This document shows positions 60,068 to 64,000 of a DNA stretch of 64,000 nucleotides, in pieces; position 1 is the first letter of the stretch, and every line of letters begins with the position of its first letter. The stretch is from the NCBI GenBank assembly GCA_008632985.1, contig QPGO01000007.1, forward strand, positions 372,001 through 436,000, read 5' to 3'. Position numbers and translations under genes: made by a program. A model generated the notes under the pieces. The model saw only the letters and a program-made list of their open reading frames with translations. It was not told the origin of the DNA and searched no databases. This stretch comes from Psammoneis japonica. Taxonomy: Eukaryota.

Positions 60068-62006
60068 ATGAATATCAAACTGGTCAAAATGGGAGCGGCT
60101 GCGGATCGGGCCTTGTCCATGGAGGCTGCCGCAGATCGAGACACGGCACTTTCAGCACAACAAGAGGAGAAATCACAAATCGATGCAGCAGAGTCCAAAG
60201 CGCTCCACCAAGAGGCAGAGACACTCGCTATAAAGAGTGAACGTGATGCAACACTTGCAGAAACAGATCAAGTTGCGGCAGAAGAATTAGAAACAAAAGC
60301 AGCAACAGAAGAGGGCGAATCCGTCATGCATCTCGCCAACGCGGCGGCCGACGAGGCGCTGGCACAAGAAGAATTTGCACAAGCCACGCCGAGGCTGCAG
60401 CGGCATCTCGAGATACCGTTGCGGCTCGTGGAGACGGAGTTGGAACGGGCTTGTGTGAATTCATCCCGTTTTTGGACGTCATTTGCGACTTTGTGGGAGG
60501 CGCCGCCGCGGTGGGGCTCCAAGCCAAGGCTGCAGATGAAGCAGCCGAGTCGGCGGCAACGTTTGCGGCAGCGGCTGTTGCGCAAGAGCAAGAAGAATCA
60601 GAATTGGCGCTTGCGGGGGAAATGCAAGCCAAGGCAGCAAAGGATGAAGAGGCTGCAGCGGACTTGGAGGCTGAAGCTGTGGCGCTAGAGACAAAATCCG
60701 AGGAGGAAGCTGCTCAAGCCGAACAGAACGAAGCTCTGGCAGAAGAGAAGGCAGCACAAAGTGTCGCAGAGAGCGATGCGGCCCAAGAAGAAGTTTCACA
60801 AGCTGCTGGAGAGCAGGCAGAGTCTGCATCATCTTGGGAAGAATCCATGATGCATGGTGTGTCGGCATGTTGGAATCTGATTTGGGCGTCCCTTTTGTCG
60901 GTTGCGGCTCTGGTGTATTTTGCGGTGCGCCTGACTAAAACGCATGTCGTACCGACTGTTTGAGTTTGATGTTTTACTCTGATCCATCCGTAACCTACAA
61001 AGCGGGATTGGATCCGCCTCGACGTGTCAATAGAGCATGGACATGCTGTCCCTGGAAGCATTTCAGTGTGGCCTTTCTTCATTGCATCATATTTCTACTG
61101 ACGGCTGGAAGCTTTGGGGATCTTCTTAGTGTTATGGAGCTATACAGTATGCGATCTCGCGGGGGGGTGATCATTTTATTTGCGGCAGTTGCTGCCAGCG
61201 TTCAGGGAGTCCTTGTTCATTGCATGCCTCATGTAGCTCGACGGACGGTGCAGTACGTCAGTGACACGAGTCATTCACTGCTTGACGTGGCTTGCCAGGC
61301 CTTTGTTGTATTTTTGAGGAATGTTATATGGCTGACACCGTTGTTTGCAATGGAGGTTTTGATACTATGGGTGAATTTTGGCCATGAAATATTCTCTCCG
61401 AATCTCAAATCTAGGCTTGGCAGGTGGTACCTATGGCTGTTTTTGGGTGTCGCTACAGGAGTGCATCTATGGTTGTTCGAGAGCCAATCAACTTCTTATT
61501 CTTCTCCACGCTTAACCGAGAATGAGTCGAGTCCCTTGATTGCACAGGAGGAGGCTAGTAGTCCGAGTGACTGTTCTCACCAATCCTTCACCAGTTCGGG
61601 AGGAGCTCTAAGCTCAGTCAGTCTCGACGAAGAAAGCCAATCATTGGAAACCGAACCAACCAGATGGATGCCGCGATTTACTGGTGCAAACATATCGTCC
61701 CTTCTACGAACGGTTCTCGAAGATTTCAAGAAGCTCCGACTGCCTTTTGAATTATTGGTCCTCTCTTGCATGGTGGCGCTACTCCGGAAGTGTTTGCCGA
61801 ATTCAATGTTGTTGTGGCCCGTGTTCAAGACGGCGGTTGTTTCCTCGCATCCTTCATGGCTGCTGATTCTCGTGTCTACAGTCGTTGTTTCGTTGTTTGG
61901 CGCATTCTTTGGGTGCTCTTGTGAACGCGACTTCTGCTACATACTTTATATTTCTACTCTGAATATTAGGCAGAGGCATCCAGGTGCTGTTATATCGCCG
62001 ACTTAG
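60068..62006 (+). CDS. Hypothetical membrane protein: Ala/Glu-rich coiled coil followed by multiple TM helices (frameshifted)
   Basis: Three consecutive overlapping ORFs (60068-60688, 60451-60963, 60960-62006) with continuous coding character. Confidence 0.55.
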
Positions 62007-62608
62007 CATACTCACCGAGGCAGCTGTCAGCTACTAGTAGTGCATCAGTGGGTGGGCCTGCTTATTTCCGCGTCGTAGTTACGGTAGTACCGCTCACTTA
62101 CAATGAAGCAATTTTCTTTCTTTACCGGCACCTCTATCTTCATCTGCCAGCCTAGAGTAGAAACATGAAAGCTAACCTCTCTTTTGTGAGAAGGGAGAAG
62201 GGAATGCCTTCGTCTGGTGTACTGGGTACACAGCGGACGAGAACAGACTTTTTTCAGATCTGGCCGGCGTGCGTACAGTACCGTACGTGCCGGCGCGGGG
62301 AGGCCCTCCCTCCATTTTACCTGATAATTAACGCTAATTATCGCCATCTCCATGACTATCGATAAATGAGATAAAGACGTTAATTCAACGGATCAAAGAT
62401 ATTTTGAAAAATCATCGTTGTCACGACAAAACGGCAGAGGGAGGTCGCATTGAGGGATAAATAACGGCGATCCGCTTTTTTTATGCACTCTCTTCTTCTT
62501 TCGGCAACGTGGTTCGATTTTCGATCCACCCAATCCAAACCCGCTACGACTAAACCCCACGTTGTATTGAGACTTTAAATCGCTCCTTATATTGGTGGTC
62601 CATGGGCA

Positions 62609-63652
62609 ATGGCGCCGTCAGAGGTAGCAGCAGGACTGGGAAAAATGACATTATGTAAAGAAAATGTAGAAAATCATGTCAGCAGTCAGAACGGTGTGAA
62701 TGGCAGTCGCGTTTTCAATAACAACGATAAGCCGCAGGAAATGAGAATAAAGACGTCGCTCGGGGACGCTGCCGTTCATGTTTACAACCCAGGAAATACA
62801 GAGAAGAATGATTATTTAAGCACACCGTTTCAGAAAAACGAGGCTTTCAATGACGAAATGCCTCTGGAAGTAACGATAAAGACCGCGCATGGAGATACTG
62901 CCGTTCATGTGTACAACCCAGAAGCAACCGAAACTGTGGTACTTGCACATGGATGTGGGGGTAAGAAGGAACAGTTTCGAAAGGGGCGCATGGCACAGCG
63001 CTTGGCATCCAAATTCCGAGTGATTACGTTTGATTGGTATGGACACGGAACGTCTCCTCCTTGTCCAGAAAATTACAGAAAGGAGGAGTTTCTTGAGCAA
63101 CTGAATTGCATAGTTGATGTGATGGTTCCTTTGGGAGAAACTATTCACCTTTATGGTTTCTCCATGGGCTGCTTTTTGACACTTCACTATGCTGCAATGT
63201 TTCCGCACCGTGTGCGTCGCTTGGTGCTCCATTCTCCGTGGAACGCAGAGACAAGCATATTTGCACCGGGGACCAAATCGGCTGTAAGAATTCCGTTGTT
63301 TGGGATTGCTGGCTTGGCTGTAGTTCGTCATACTTCGTTTCCTTTCTGTCATAATGCTGCTACATTCAAACGAATCCTACTGACTCTGGGTGAAGGGAAT
63401 AAAGCATGGCATAAATTACTGAGTCGCCTTTCCATTGTGGGAGGAGACACGCTAGAGATGATGCTCATTTGTGGCTCGGGAGAGACTCCATTTTACCGAG
63501 TGGCGAAAGAAATCGACAAGGAGTTTGAGGGTTCATCTCAATTGTTTGTTTACCCAAAGTCGCAACACATGTCGTGGTGCGAAAAATGGGACCAACCCGT
63601 TGGTAGCTACTTTCGAAACCGCATTTACGATTTTTTGGCCAAACAGGACTGA
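62609..63652 (+). CDS. Alpha/beta hydrolase
   Basis: VLAHG, FDWYGHGTS, nucleophile elbow GFSMG and C-terminal His (SQHM); short internal duplication IKTxxGDxAVHVYNP. Confidence 0.85.
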   Translation: MAPSEVAAGLGKMTLCKENVENHVSSQNGVNGSRVFNNNDKPQEMRIKTSLGDAAVHVYNPGNTEKNDYLSTPFQKNEAFNDEMPLEVTIKTAHGDTAVHVYNPEATETVVLAHGCGGKKEQFRKGRMAQRLASKFRVITFDWYGHGTSPPCPENYRKEEFLEQLNCIVDVMVPLGETIHLYGFSMGCFLTLHYAAMFPHRVRRLVLHSPWNAETSIFAPGTKSAVRIPLFGIAGLAVVRHTSFPFCHNAATFKRILLTLGEGNKAWHKLLSRLSIVGGDTLEMMLICGSGETPFYRVAKEIDKEFEGSSQLFVYPKSQHMSWCEKWDQPVGSYFRNRIYDFLAKQD

Positions 63653-64000
63653 CTACTGTATCAGGGAGCCCAGTCAATTATCAATAGAAGACTTAATTAT
63701 ATCACATAGCATCGCACTATGAACTGAACAGCCCACTCCTTCTAGCTCTCTAGCCTATTGAACAAGGACAAGCTACCAAGTAGCCCTACAAGAAATCAGT
63801 CAAAGAGATTAGTTTCTTTGCGTCACTTTATGCTCTTTTACAGCCCTAGCCATCTCACAATTATTGTAATCCAATCAATGACGAGTAGACAAGATATTCT
63901 TATCGTTGCGTCAGGGTACGAATAGAACGGCTTACTCCTAGGCCCTACATACTGGCACTATGTACAATGACCAAGGAATGACTAACTGGTAACCCAATCA

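Overview
Eukaryotic genomic DNA, most consistent with a diatom: compact genes with short GT-AG introns, an NRT2 transporter, CoDi-like Copia remnants and a bipartite plastid-targeting signal. Two kinds of territory alternate. (1) Ordinary host genes of normal composition: an LRR-Roc-COR-TIR protein, ARM-MYND, GMP synthase, p24, a sulfotransferase-like protein, a Cys-rich putative transcription factor, a VAMP7-like SNARE, a helical-bundle/U-box/MORN protein, NRT2, a USP, dihydrolipoamide dehydrogenase, three tandem GT31-like glycosyltransferases and an alpha/beta hydrolase. Several carry single-base frameshifts, probably assembly indels. (2) Three sharply bounded transposon domains (~1-9.2 kb, ~13.8-19.9 kb, ~26.8-40.4 kb) in which TpA has been largely converted to TpG/CpA, i.e. 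A-to-G on either strand. In the first two domains CpG is also lost. Conserved Tyr residues of transposon proteins read Cys or His, and a repeat pair straddling a domain edge shows the direction of change. This looks like a RIP-like, adenine-directed transposon hypermutation process. The third domain appears to be a ~13.6 kb Helitron-like element. Its Rep/PIF1 gene sits beside DOT1-like, TET/JBP-like and SET-domain genes, a candidate chromatin/anti-silencing cargo. All assignments come from motif recognition by eye; no searches were run.
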